A stretch of DNA of 46,078 nucleotides from a virus (taxonomy: Duplodnaviria; Heunggongvirae; Uroviricota; Caudoviricetes): the IMG/VR virus record IMGVR_UViG_2675903417_000003. One strand, 5' to 3'. Below, piece after piece: positions 7,930 to 18,034 of the stretch (its first letter is position 1; every line of letters starts with the position of its first letter). The translations under genes were made by a program, and so were the position numbers. The notes below the pieces were generated by a model, which was given only the letters and a program-made list of their open reading frames with translations, was not told where the DNA came from and did no database searches.

Positions 7930-9560
7930 AGCTGTAATGTCCCCTTTGAACCATTCTAAAATGTCCCCAGACAATTCTCTGGGGGATTTTTCATGATCAA
8001 AGAGACTGTTACGATGAGTCATAAGGAACTCCACCGACTTCAGATTATTCAGGAACAAGCTGCGGCACGCATTGGCATTTCTATTCGGCAGGTTAAACGT
8101 CTGGTGCAACGGTATAGAAATGAAGGGCCTTCTGGTCTGGTTTCCCACCGACGTGGAAAGCGTCCTAATAGTTCCTTTTCTACTGAATTCAGAGCAACAG
8201 TAATTTCACTCCTCAAAGGCCGTTACGCTGATTTTGGACCTACGTTTGCGTGCGAAAAATTGCGCGAGATACACGGTTTATCTTTATCCGTTGAAACTCT
8301 CAGAAAGTGGATGATAGAAGAGGGGTTATGGCGTGAACGCCGTCGTAAAATTGCCCGTATATATCAACGCCGCATGCGACGACCATCTTACGGTGAACTG
8401 ATCCAGATTGATGGCTCACCTCATGACTGGTTTGAAAATCGAGGCCCCAGATGTACACTGATCGTTTTCATTGATGATGCCACCAGTGCGTTGATGGCGT
8501 TGCGTTTTGTGCCTGCTGAAACAACCCGGGCTTACATGGAAACCCTCCGGGGTTACCTTAATGATCATGGCGTACCGCTCGCTCTCTACTCTGATAGACA
8601 CAGTATATTCAGGGTAAATAACCCAGAGCGGGAAGGTGAGCTGACCCAGTTCACTCGTGCGATAAAGACACTGGGCATCGAGCCAATCCATGCCAACAGC
8701 CCGCAGGCAAAAGGGCGGGTAGAGCGCGCCAATCAGACACTACAGGACAGGCTGGTCAAAGAAATGCGGCTTCAGAATATCAGTGATATTGAAACAGCAA
8801 ATGCATGGTTGCCGACCTTTATTGAAGCCTATAACAACCGGTTCGCTACGTCGCCTCGTACTACTGATAATGCTCATCTTGATGTGCACCATTCTGAAGA
8901 GGAACTGGGTTATATCTTCAGCCTACAGGCGAAGCGCGTTCTGTCTAAAAATCTCACTTTCCAGTACAAAAGCAGTGCGTTTCAGGTACGCAGTGAGGGC
9001 CGGGGATATCGACTTAGGCATTCGGTTGTTACTGTATGCGAGAACTTTGACGGTGAAATTAACGTTCTGTATGACGGGAAAGCGCTGGGCTGGGAAAAGT
9101 ATGTTGATGGCCCGGAGCCTATACCACTGGATGATGAAAAGAGTGTCCATGAACGAGTGGATAATGCCCGTATTGATTTACGCTCAAAATACTATGTTAA
9201 ACCTAAAGCTGACCATCCCTGGCTTACGCGCCGAACGCAAAGTCATCAGCAAGTTAAGCCCCCGAAGTTACCTAAAAAGAAGCCTGATCCCGATAAAAAA
9301 GATTGAAACCAAGATCGATTCGGTTGAGTGCATATCCATTCATAGGGTAGATTCTTAAGTCGCGTTTCTGGTGTTCATTTTCGGGTGGTTTGTTACTTGT
9401 TTTACCGGGGATATGCCAGAAACGCGCTGAGTCAGTCTGGGCGGTGCGCGTAATGAGGCGTTATGGTAAATAGCCTATGCTAATGTCCGCTAAGAGCAAG
9501 AAGCGGAAGTTGGCAGTTTTGTGGACTGTCCCCACAAAAGTGACTACAGAAATAGTTGCA
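7930..9560 (+). mobile_element. Insertion element carrying a DDE transposase (boundaries approximate, terminal repeats not resolved)
   Basis: Single 437-aa rve-type transposase inserted between the replication region and flxA. Confidence 0.4.
7993..9306 (+). CDS. DDE transposase with N-terminal HTH and rve integrase catalytic core
   Basis: 437 aa; HTH ISIRQVKRLVQRYRNEG; catalytic motifs IQIDGSPHDW, LYSDRHSIF and GRVERANQTLQDRL. Confidence 0.8.
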   Translation: MIKETVTMSHKELHRLQIIQEQAAARIGISIRQVKRLVQRYRNEGPSGLVSHRRGKRPNSSFSTEFRATVISLLKGRYADFGPTFACEKLREIHGLSLSVETLRKWMIEEGLWRERRRKIARIYQRRMRRPSYGELIQIDGSPHDWFENRGPRCTLIVFIDDATSALMALRFVPAETTRAYMETLRGYLNDHGVPLALYSDRHSIFRVNNPEREGELTQFTRAIKTLGIEPIHANSPQAKGRVERANQTLQDRLVKEMRLQNISDIETANAWLPTFIEAYNNRFATSPRTTDNAHLDVHHSEEELGYIFSLQAKRVLSKNLTFQYKSSAFQVRSEGRGYRLRHSVVTVCENFDGEINVLYDGKALGWEKYVDGPEPIPLDDEKSVHERVDNARIDLRSKYYVKPKADHPWLTRRTQSHQQVKPPKLPKKKPDPDKKD

Positions 9561-9705
9561 ATTCATAATTGATCATGGGTTGTCAGTTAAACTCGTGGCG
9601 ATTTAAATAGACTAATTGGGAGTGCGTCCATTACTTATATCTTGTAATGTTAACTATCAGAAATGATACAAAGATAATATGTCTTTAAAGAAAAGGCTGA
9701 TGGCG

Positions 9706-9728
9706 AAAAGTGGCCCGATGAGGGCCAC
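9706..9728 (-). terminator. Putative intrinsic terminator of flxA
   Basis: GTGGCCC-GATGA-GGGCCAC hairpin followed on the minus strand by TTTTCGCC. Confidence 0.45.
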
Positions 9729-9742
9729 AATACGGCTGTCAC

Positions 9743-10075
9743 TTAGACGTAAATATCAATGGTGCCAGCGGTATTTGTATCGTCTTTTTTCTCTTCTTTT
9801 TTATCAGGCTGAACTGTCGCGTCTTCATTCTTTTTCTCTGCCTGCTGCCTTAACAACTGCTCCAGTTGAGCCCAGAGGCTTTCAATTTGCTTCTGTACCA
9901 ATGCAGCCATTTCTTTTTTCTGCTGTGTCGTCATCCCCTCTTCCGATGAGATTTTCCCAAGCTTTTCAGTCAGCACCTGAATTTGTCTTGTGATTTTGGC
10001 TATTTCTGATGTTCCTTCCGGGGCGGAGTTGTTTGAAATAACGGTTGAGGTATTTCCCTGAATTGTGACAGACAT
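9743..10075 (-). CDS. flxA: FlxA-like protein (FliA-regulated)
   Basis: 110 aa MSVTIQGNTSTVISNNSAPEGTSEIAKITRQIQVLTEKL...; sigma-28 promoter upstream. Confidence 0.8.
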   Translation of the reverse strand: MSVTIQGNTSTVISNNSAPEGTSEIAKITRQIQVLTEKLGKISSEEGMTTQQKKEMAALVQKQIESLWAQLEQLLRQQAEKKNEDATVQPDKKEEKKDDTNTAGTIDIYV

Positions 10076-10097
10076 AGATTTCTCCTTTTAAAAAAGC

Positions 10098-10124
10098 ACT
10101 ATCGGCATGCACAAAAAAATCTTT
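10098..10124 (-). promoter_or_regulatory. Sigma-28 (FliA) promoter of flxA: TAAAGATT-N11-GCCGATAG
   Basis: Minus-strand read TTAAAGATTTTTTTGTGCATGCCGATAGTG, 7/8 and 7/8 matches to the TAAAGTTT-N11-GCCGATAA consensus. Confidence 0.65.
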
Positions 10125-10277
10125 AATCGTATTTCTTGTGTCATTAATTGTTTGATGTTCAGATTGTTTTCCTCGCGGGCTGGCGCGCCTCAGAAAGTAA
10201 AGCTTGTTGACAGGGGTAAACGTTCGGCAATAATTTTCTGCCGCATGCGGGTGTTGCATAAAACGTGTTACGTTCCT

Positions 10278-10583
10278 TTATCGACAGGTCAGGTCACCGC
10301 TCACCCGCCGACGAGAAAGCAACACTGACATGCTAAAGCAAAAAATAGATGAATAAGTTGAGTTGTGCATATGTAGCCTGACCGTCACAAAGTATATGGT
10401 GTCTGTACCAGTAAGATGATGGCCGGACTCTTTAAAAACGAGCTGACCTGCACAATACAGGATGGACTTAGCAATGGCTGCTCCTGGCACAAAGCGGACA
10501 GTGATCACCGTTCTTACGACTACTTTCTGACTTCCTTCGTGACTTGCCCTAAGCATGTTGTAGTGCGATACTTGTAATGACAT
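10278..10583 (-). CDS. Hypothetical protein (YdfV-like position)
   Basis: 101-aa ORF between flxA and relB; composition only moderately protein-like. Confidence 0.35.
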   Translation of the reverse strand: MSLQVSHYNMLRASHEGSQKVVVRTVITVRFVPGAAIAKSILYCAGQLVFKESGHHLTGTDTIYFVTVRLHMHNSTYSSIFCFSMSVLLSRRRVSGDLTCR

Positions 10584-10596
10584 TTGTAATTACAAG
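10571..10596 (+). promoter_or_regulatory. relBE operator (relO-like inverted repeat CTTGTAAT-N-ATTACAAG)
   Basis: cttgtaatgacatttgtaattacaag lies immediately upstream of the relB start. Confidence 0.6.
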
Positions 10597-10607
10597 AGGT
10601 GTAAGAC

Positions 10608-10847
10608 ATGGGTAGCATTAACCTGCGTATTGACGATGAACTTAAAGCGCGTTCTTACGCCGCGCTTGAAAAAATGGGTGTAACTCCTTCTGAAGCGCTT
10701 CGTCTCATGCTCGAGTATATCGCTGACAATGAACGCTTGCCGTTCAAACAGACACTCCTGAGTGATGAAGATGCTGAACTTGTGGAGATAGTGAAAGAAC
10801 GGCTTCGTAATCCTAAGCCAGTACGTGTGACGCTGGATGAACTCTGA
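10608..10847 (+). CDS. relB: RelB antitoxin
   Basis: 79 aa MGSINLRIDDELKARSYAALEKMGVTPSEALRLMLEYIADNERLPFKQTLLSDEDAELVEIVKERLRNPKPVRVTLDEL. Confidence 0.9.
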   Translation: MGSINLRIDDELKARSYAALEKMGVTPSEALRLMLEYIADNERLPFKQTLLSDEDAELVEIVKERLRNPKPVRVTLDEL

Positions 10848-11134
10848 TGGCGTATTTTCTGGATTTTGACGAGCGGGCACTAAAGGAATGGCGAAAGCTG
10901 GGCTCGACGGTACGTGAACAGTTGAAAAAGAAGCTGGTTGAAGTACTTGAGTCACCCCGGATTGAAGCAAACAAGCTCCGTGGTATGCCTGATTGTTACA
11001 AGATTAAGCTCCGGTCTTCAGGCTATCGCCTTGTATACCAGGTTATAGACGAGAAAGTTGTCGTTTTCGTGATTTCTGTTGGGAAAAGAGAACGCTCGGA
11101 AGTATATAGCGAGGCGGTCAAACGCATTCTCTGA
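10847..11134 (+). CDS. relE: RelE mRNA interferase toxin
   Basis: 95 aa MAYFLDFDERALKEWRKLGSTVREQLKKKLVEVLESPRIEANKLRG...; start overlaps the relB stop. Confidence 0.9.
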   Translation: MAYFLDFDERALKEWRKLGSTVREQLKKKLVEVLESPRIEANKLRGMPDCYKIKLRSSGYRLVYQVIDEKVVVFVISVGKRERSEVYSEAVKRIL

Positions 11135-11205
11135 ACCAAAGCATGACATCTCTGTTTCGCACCGAAGGTGACACTTCTGCTTTGCGTTGACAGGAGAAGC
11201 AGGCT

Positions 11206-11361
11206 ATGAAGCAGCAAAAGGCGATGTTAATCGCCCTGATCGTCATCTGTTTAACCGTCATAGTGACGGCACTGGTAACGAGGAAAGACCTCTGCGAGGT
11301 ACGAATCCGAACCGGCCAGACGGAGGTCGCTGTCTTCACAGCTTACGAACCTGAGGAGTAA
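11206..11361 (+). CDS. hokD: Hok-family type I toxin (HokD/RelF-like)
   Basis: 51 aa MKQQKAMLIALIVICLTVIVTALVTRKDLCEVRIRTGQTEVAVFTAYEPEE; below the ORF-track size cutoff. Confidence 0.85.
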   Translation: MKQQKAMLIALIVICLTVIVTALVTRKDLCEVRIRTGQTEVAVFTAYEPEE

Positions 11362-11429
11362 GAGACCCGGCGGGGGAGAAATCCCTCGCCACCTCTGATG
11401 TGGCAGGCATCCTCAACGCACCCGCACTT

Positions 11430-11456
11430 AACCCGCTTCGGCGGGTTTTTGTTTTT
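11430..11456 (+). terminator. Intrinsic terminator after hokD
   Basis: AACCCGC-TTCG-GCGGGTT stem-loop followed by a T-run. Confidence 0.6.
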
Positions 11457-11577
11457 ATTTTCAACGCGTTTGAAGTTCTGGACGGTGCCGGAATAGAATC
11501 AAAAATACTTAAGTAGCGCGCAGGGATAAGAGGGATGGTCCCTTAAAGGGGAGAGCTAATTATCCGGAAGGATTCTG

Positions 11578-11829
11578 ATGATGAACATCGAAGAACTGCG
11601 TAAAATTTTTTGTGAAGATGGCCTCTATGCTGTGTGCGTTGAAAATGGAAATCTTGTTAGTCATTACCGCATTATGTGTTTGCGAAAGAATGGGGCTGCG
11701 TTAATTAATTTTGTGGATGCTCGGGTCACGGACGGATTTATCTTGCGCGAAGGTGAGTTTGTCACTTCATTACAGGCATTGAAAGAGATCGGAATAAAAG
11801 CTGGCTTTTCTGCTTTTTCAGGAGAATAA
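11578..11829 (+). CDS. rem: Rem-like prophage protein
   Basis: 83 aa MMNIEELRKIFCEDGLYAVCVENGNLVSHYRIMCLRKNGAALINFVDARVTDGFILREGEFVTSLQALKEIGIKAGFSAFSGE. Confidence 0.75.
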   Translation: MMNIEELRKIFCEDGLYAVCVENGNLVSHYRIMCLRKNGAALINFVDARVTDGFILREGEFVTSLQALKEIGIKAGFSAFSGE

Positions 11830-11895
11830 ACTCATCTACAATCTTGCGCGGGGCTGAACTCCCGCTGAGTAACACCGTGCCACCGGAGAAAACCG

Positions 11896-12174
11896 ATGGC
11901 ACGCAACGCAAAATATTACAATTCTGATAATTCGCCCGTTCTTGCCTGCACGCACGGGCGGTATTCTCACGCATTCAAGTCTGAATGGTTCCAGCACCCT
12001 CCATGCACTGCAGAACAGGCCGAATGGCTGATTCATTCTTACCGCAGGCGCGGGTTCGAGGTTAAGAAAGCTCTCAGTCTCGACTATCGGCACTGGATAA
12101 TCTCTGTCAGGCTGCCTTATTCCGAACGCCCACCACGTGCGTCCCGCACTTTCCAGCAACGGATCTGGAGGTAA
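11896..12174 (+). CDS. Hypothetical protein
   Basis: 92-aa ORF with GGAG about 9 nt upstream; ends 2 nt before the proposed ydfU start. Confidence 0.35.
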   Translation: MARNAKYYNSDNSPVLACTHGRYSHAFKSEWFQHPPCTAEQAEWLIHSYRRRGFEVKKALSLDYRHWIISVRLPYSERPPRASRTFQQRIWR

Positions 12175-12175
12175 C

Positions 12176-13225
12176 GTGCGGGTATTACTTAGACCTGTTC
12201 TGGTGCCTGAGCTTGGGCTGGTGGTCCTTAAGCCGGGCCGTGAATCCATACAGATATTTCATAATCCTCGAGTGCTGGTGGAACCGGAACCAAAAAGCAT
12301 GCGTAATCTGCCATCCGGAGTCGTTCCTGCCGTTCGCCAGCCGCTGGCGGAAGACAAAACATTGCTGCCGTTTTTTAGTAACGAACGGGTGATTCGTGCT
12401 GCTGGCGGCGTTGGCGCATTGTCCGACTGGCTATTACGTCATGTTACATCCTGCCAGTGGCCTAATGGCGATTACCATCACACTGAAACAGTCATTCACC
12501 GTTATGGTACCGGCGCAATGGTGTTGTGCTGGCACTGCGACAACCAACTGCGTGACCAGACATCGGAATCACTGGAGCTGCTTGCTCAACAAAATCTGAC
12601 AGCATGGGTGATTGACGTCATCCGTCACGCAATAAGCGGTACGCAGGAGCGGGAATTATCTTTGGCTGAATTATCCTGGTGGGCGGTCTGCAATCAGGTG
12701 GTGGATGCACTACCTGAGGCTGTATCGCGTCGTTCGCTGGGATTACCAGCGGAAAAAATCTGCTCGGTGTACCGCGAAAGCGACATCGTACCGGGAGAGC
12801 AGACCGCCACCAGCATATTGAAACAACGCACAAAAAATCTTGCACCGTTGCCTTACGCCCACCAGCAACAAAAATCACCACAGGAAAAGACGGTGGTAAG
12901 CATCACCGTTGATCCAGAGTCTCCGGAATCTTTCATGAAGCTGCCTAAACGTCGCCGCTGGGTTAAGGAGAAATACACACGTTGGGTTAAGACACAGCCG
13001 TGTGCTTGCTGCGGTATGCCAGCCGACGATCCGCATCATCTGATTGGTCACGGGCAGGGCGGAATGGGAACAAAAGCACATGATCTCTTTGTGTTGCCTT
13101 TGTGCAGAAAGCATCACAACGAGCTGCATACGGATACAGTGGCATTTGAAGATAAGTATGGCTCCCAACTGGAGCTGATATTTCGTTTTATCGATCGCGC
13201 GCTGGCAATTGGCGTACTGGTGTAA
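12176..13225 (+). CDS. ydfU: YdfU-like DUF968 protein with C-terminal HNH-type nuclease motif
   Basis: GTG start at 12176 preceded by GGAGG gives 349 aa; CACCGMPADDPHHLIGHGQGG...CRKHHNELH motif; nin-region position upstream of Q. Confidence 0.7.
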   Translation: MRVLLRPVLVPELGLVVLKPGRESIQIFHNPRVLVEPEPKSMRNLPSGVVPAVRQPLAEDKTLLPFFSNERVIRAAGGVGALSDWLLRHVTSCQWPNGDYHHTETVIHRYGTGAMVLCWHCDNQLRDQTSESLELLAQQNLTAWVIDVIRHAISGTQERELSLAELSWWAVCNQVVDALPEAVSRRSLGLPAEKICSVYRESDIVPGEQTATSILKQRTKNLAPLPYAHQQQKSPQEKTVVSITVDPESPESFMKLPKRRRWVKEKYTRWVKTQPCACCGMPADDPHHLIGHGQGGMGTKAHDLFVLPLCRKHHNELHTDTVAFEDKYGSQLELIFRFIDRALAIGVLV

Positions 13226-13238
13226 GTGGAGAGCGAGC

Positions 13239-13991
13239 ATGAACCTTGAAGCCTTACCAAAATATTACTCCCCAAAATCTCCAAAATTGAGCGATGACGC
13301 TCCAGCGACAGGCACCGGTTGTTTAACAATTACGGATGTAATGGCAGCGCAGGGGATGGTGCAGTCGAAAGCACCACTTGGGTTGGCCTTATTTCTGGCA
13401 AAAGTTGGTGTTCAGGACCCTCAGTTTGCGATTGAAGGCCTGCTAAATTACGCGATGGCACTGGATAACCCGACATTGAACAAATTGAGTGAAGAAATCC
13501 GGTTACAGATTATTCCTTACCTCGTGAGTTTTGCCTTTGCTGATTACTCCAGGTCTGCGGCAAGTAAGGCTCGCTGTGAGCATTGTTCAGGTACGGGATT
13601 TTATAATGTATTGCGCGAAGTGGTGAAACACTACAGACGCGGGGAATCTGTAATCAAGGAAGAATGGGTGAAGGAACTATGTCAGCATTGCCATGGTAAG
13701 GGCGAAGCCAGCACAGCGTGCAGAGGGTGTAAGGGTAAAGGGATTGTTCTGGATGAAAAAAGAACCCGGTTTCATGGCGTACCGGTATATAAGATTTGTG
13801 GGCGTTGTAATGGAAACCGGTTTAGTCGTTTACCGACCACGCTGGCACGACGTCATGTCCAGAAGCTGGTACCAGACCTGACCGATTATCAGTGGTATAA
13901 GGGGTATGCGGACGTCATTGGTAAACTGGTAACAAAGTGCTGGCAGGAAGAAGCATACGCGGAAGCGCAATTGAGGAAGGTGACGAGATAA
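13239..13991 (+). CDS. quuQ: Late-gene antiterminator Q
   Basis: 250 aa; zinc-binding cysteines CEHCSGTG, CQHCHGKG, CRGCKGKG; GGAGAG Shine-Dalgarno. Confidence 0.85.
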   Translation: MNLEALPKYYSPKSPKLSDDAPATGTGCLTITDVMAAQGMVQSKAPLGLALFLAKVGVQDPQFAIEGLLNYAMALDNPTLNKLSEEIRLQIIPYLVSFAFADYSRSAASKARCEHCSGTGFYNVLREVVKHYRRGESVIKEEWVKELCQHCHGKGEASTACRGCKGKGIVLDEKRTRFHGVPVYKICGRCNGNRFSRLPTTLARRHVQKLVPDLTDYQWYKGYADVIGKLVTKCWQEEAYAEAQLRKVTR

Positions 13992-14023
13992 ATGATTTTT
14001 GCTGAAGATGGCGACATGATGTT

Positions 14024-14051
14024 TGCATTTTTCAAAAAATATGGATAAAAT
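14024..14051 (+). promoter_or_regulatory. Candidate late promoter (PR'-like): TTGCAT-N16-TAAAAT
   Basis: Sigma-70-like hexamers starting 33 bp after the Q stop. Confidence 0.35.
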
Positions 14052-14412
14052 TTTTTCAACGATGGGCTTTGTATACCCGACGTTAAGAAAAAGTAGAAAA
14101 CCTGCTGATGAGCGGGTTTTGTGCTTTAAATGGGGCAATGGTAATGTTGAATCTCATCCCGGGACTCATGTCTGTTAACTTATTATTTAGCTGGTGACTT
14201 GGTTATTTGCCTGATGTTTAAAATGTTTTCTTCCAGTACAATGTCCCTAAACACAATGAGTCTGCTTATTATATTATTAGCAGAGCTATTACGGCCAAAG
14301 TACAGCATAAGCTTTTAAAGCCAATCAACCAGTCATCAAGACAGACGGGGTTATTCATAAAAACTCTCCATGTGTGATCCGATGGGGCCTGAAATTAAAG
14401 CTTTAATATAGC

Positions 14413-14625
14413 TCATGAAAGGTAAACATTGGCAGCTGAAGGGCCACGCAGACCATTTATCCGGCAAAATTCCACGCGTAATCCGGTGGTAATTTCTTCT
14501 GCATCGCGGAGATTGAGCGCTGAAACATGAAGCTGGACATCGATACGACCATCGGATGGGGTGATAAGACCCTTGCCGCTTTTGCCGTCAAAGGTTTTGA
14601 CAATTCCTGTCATTTTACGGGACAA
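14413..14625 (-). CDS. cspF: Cold-shock protein paralog (CspF/CspH-like), probable TTG start
   Basis: 70 aa [31 protein letters not shown]...; AAGGA sits 6 nt upstream of the TTG at 14625; the first ATG is codon 5. Confidence 0.8.
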
Positions 14626-14925
14626 AAAAATTCCTTAATACTGATAACTTGGCGCACTATACACACGTTCCTGAAGAAAGCTATAGTTTTTTGATGGGGT
14701 TGAAGATGGCTGGATGTCTAAAATAAACATTGCTTCATATGTTCAACTATGCGTTAATGATTGCGTCGGTTTGAAGAACAGACGATATACGAAGTAGTTT
14801 ACTAAAGCAGTTCTCATTTCAGGTGTTATTCACTTATTCCTTCTTTGAGTCTCTCCAATTAAGTACGAAGTCGTTTCTGTTATGCAAACCATTTATGCCG
14901 AAAGGCTCAAGTTAAGGAATGTAGA

Positions 14926-15141
14926 ATGTCAAATAAAATGACTGGTTTAGTAAAATGGTTTAACGCTGATAAAGGTTTCGGCTTTATTTCTCCTGTTGAT
15001 GGTAGTAAAGATGTGTTTGTGCATTTTTCTGCGATTCAGAATGATAATTATCGAACCTTATTTGAAGGTCAAAAGGTTACCTTCTCTATAGAGAGTGGTG
15101 CTAAAGGTCCTGCAGCAGCAAATGTCATCATTACTGATTAA
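14926..15141 (+). CDS. cspB: Cold-shock protein CspB-like
   Basis: 71 aa [71 protein letters not shown]; long 5' UTR and AAGGAA Shine-Dalgarno. Confidence 0.9.
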   Translation: MSNKMTGLVKWFNADKGFGFISPVDGSKDVFVHFSAIQNDNYRTLFEGQKVTFSIESGAKGPAAANVIITD

Positions 15142-15423
15142 AATTCATCGCTCGTCTGTATACGATAACGAAGAAGGCTGATGCCTGAGTAGAGATACGG
15201 ACAGAGTAGTGAATATTGGATCTCTTTAATAAAAAGTAAGGAGGTCCAATACATGAAACAATGGCTAGCATATTTGGCAAAATCTTAATCAGGAAAAGTA
15301 TGCTAACCATTGTGGTGAAGTGCAGGTTTGCTGCATGAATAGTTTTACAGCAGAAGCTAACTGCTGGCATGGCAAAACAAAGTGCGTAAGTGGATGACTC
15401 CCACAAAAAGCACCACAATCTCA

Positions 15424-15446
15424 AACCCGCTCAGGCGGGTTTTTTA
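15424..15446. terminator. Intrinsic terminator between cspB and the convergent zinc-ribbon gene
   Basis: AACCCGC-TCAG-GCGGGTT hairpin plus T-run. Confidence 0.6.
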
Positions 15447-15504
15447 TTATCTGCTTTAAATATATTATTAAAATATAAAAAATACTTGTTACTAATAAAA
15501 TCAA

Positions 15505-15675
15505 TCAGGCTACAGCTTTAAGATTTGTCTGGAATACTTTGTTGCAATGAGGGCAGATCAAAAGGGCACCTTTTTGTACTCTTGAAAAACTGTGTTCTGA
15601 CTCTTGGGTGCAGTTTGGGCAGGAACATTTAACGAGATAATTACGGCGTGATTTTGAGTTTTTACGTTCTGACAT
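15505..15675 (-). CDS. Small zinc-ribbon protein (CxxC-x17-CxxC), YnfU-like
   Basis: 56 aa MSERKNSKSRRNYLVKCSCPNCTQESEHSFSRVQKGALLICPHCNKVFQTNLKAVA; AGGAAAAG Shine-Dalgarno. Confidence 0.55.
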   Translation of the reverse strand: MSERKNSKSRRNYLVKCSCPNCTQESEHSFSRVQKGALLICPHCNKVFQTNLKAVA

Positions 15676-15894
15676 AGGCTTTTCCTGTATAAATGGCCGT
15701 ATACAGTACACTAAATATGAAAACATTTCTCGTATTATTATTTTATATATGACTTTCTTTCAAAATAATTACCCACATTTTTAATGTGTATGTTTTTTTA
15801 GCGCCGTTGAGAACAACGTGTGCTGTCAAAACTACCCCGTAGACTCCGATCTTTTCAAACATATTGCACCATCCGTGTACATCGGGGTGAGGAT

Positions 15895-16110
15895 ATGAAA
15901 TCAATGGATAAGTTAACAACAGGTGTTGCCTATGGCACATCGGCGGGTAATGCTGGTTTCTGGGCATTGCAGTTACTCGATAAAGTAACTCCGTCACAGT
16001 GGGCTGCAATCGGTGTGCTGGGTAGCCTGGTTTTTGGCCTGCTGACGTATCTGACAAATCTTTATTTCAAGATTAAAGAAGACAGGCGTAAGGCTGCGAG
16101 AGGAGAGTAA
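15895..16110 (+). CDS. essQ: Class II pinholin (phage 21 S-like) with dual-start motif
   Basis: 71 aa [71 protein letters not shown]; Met1 and Met4 both present; GGGGTGAGG Shine-Dalgarno. Confidence 0.85.
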   Translation: MKSMDKLTTGVAYGTSAGNAGFWALQLLDKVTPSQWAAIGVLGSLVFGLLTYLTNLYFKIKEDRRKAARGE

Positions 16111-16114
16111 TCCA

Positions 16115-16422
16115 ATGACTCAAGACTATGAACTGGTTGTGAAAGGAGTCCGTAATTTTGAGAATAAAGTTACGGTAACTGTAGCCTTACAGGACAAAGA
16201 ACGCTTTGACGGTGAAATTTTTGACCTGGATGTCGCCATGGACCGTGTTGAAGGAGCTGCGCTGGAGTTTTATGAGGCAGCAGCCAGAAGGAGCGTCCGG
16301 CAAGTCTTCCTGGAAGTAGCAGAAAAATTGTCAGAAAAAGTTGAGTCTTATCTGCAGCATCAATACTCCTTTAAGATTGAAAATCCTGCCAATAAGCACG
16401 AGCGTCCTCATCATAAATATCT

Positions 16423-16426
<4 letters not shown>
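16115..16426 (+). CDS. ydfR: YdfR-like protein between holin and endolysin
   Basis: 103-aa ORF; stop overlaps the endolysin start (ATGA). Confidence 0.65.
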
Positions 16427-17459
<1,033 letters not shown>

Positions 17460-17821
17460 GGTAATATTAAATCGGAACATTTACATCGCGGAATGTAAAA
17501 TTTAAATAAAAAGGACTCTTCCATGAGCCAAAATTCCTGAAATCTTAAGGGTAAGATAAAAGGTCTTAATCAGAATGACACGTTTTATTAATAAATAAAG
17601 CTATTCTTTCATTGCTGTGTTTTTCTTTACAAAAGTAATCCTTGCTATGGGTGGTTAATCATGCGTTAATGGTGTTCTGGTTTGTTACAAATTTATCTGA
17701 AGCAGTCATTGTTATAATTTTATTATTTGTACCTCTTGAGATTTCCTTGTTGGTTTTTCTCTCTGATATTTTTTTTCGGACCATTCTGCCCAAGGGCTAA
17801 TTTCTTCAAAAGGTAATAATT

Positions 17822-18034
17822 ATGTCTAACAAAATGACTGGTTTAGTGAAATGGTTTAACCCTGAAAAAGGTTTTGGTTTCATCACGCCGAAAGATGGCA
17901 GCAAAGATGTGTTTGTCCATTTCTCAGCAATTCAGAGCAACGATTTCAAAACATTAACTGAGAATCAGGAAGTTGAATTTGGTATTGAGAACGGACCTAA
18001 AGGTCCTGCCGCTGTTCATGTAGTGGCGCTTTGA
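17822..18034 (+). CDS. cspI: Cold-shock protein CspI-like
   Basis: 70 aa [70 protein letters not shown]; long AT-rich 5' UTR. Confidence 0.9.
   Translation: MSNKMTGLVKWFNPEKGFGFITPKDGSKDVFVHFSAIQSNDFKTLTENQEVEFGIENGPKGPAAVHVVAL

Noticed and set aside
14098-14125. AAAACC...GGTTTT hairpin downstream of Q, considered as the late terminator or qut element
   Set aside because: Short stem with a long loop and no clear T-run; insufficient evidence for a terminator.
15131-15424. 97-aa reverse-strand ORF downstream of cspB
   Set aside because: Overlaps the cspB 3' end and the shared terminator; no ribosome-binding site; hydrophobic low-complexity product.
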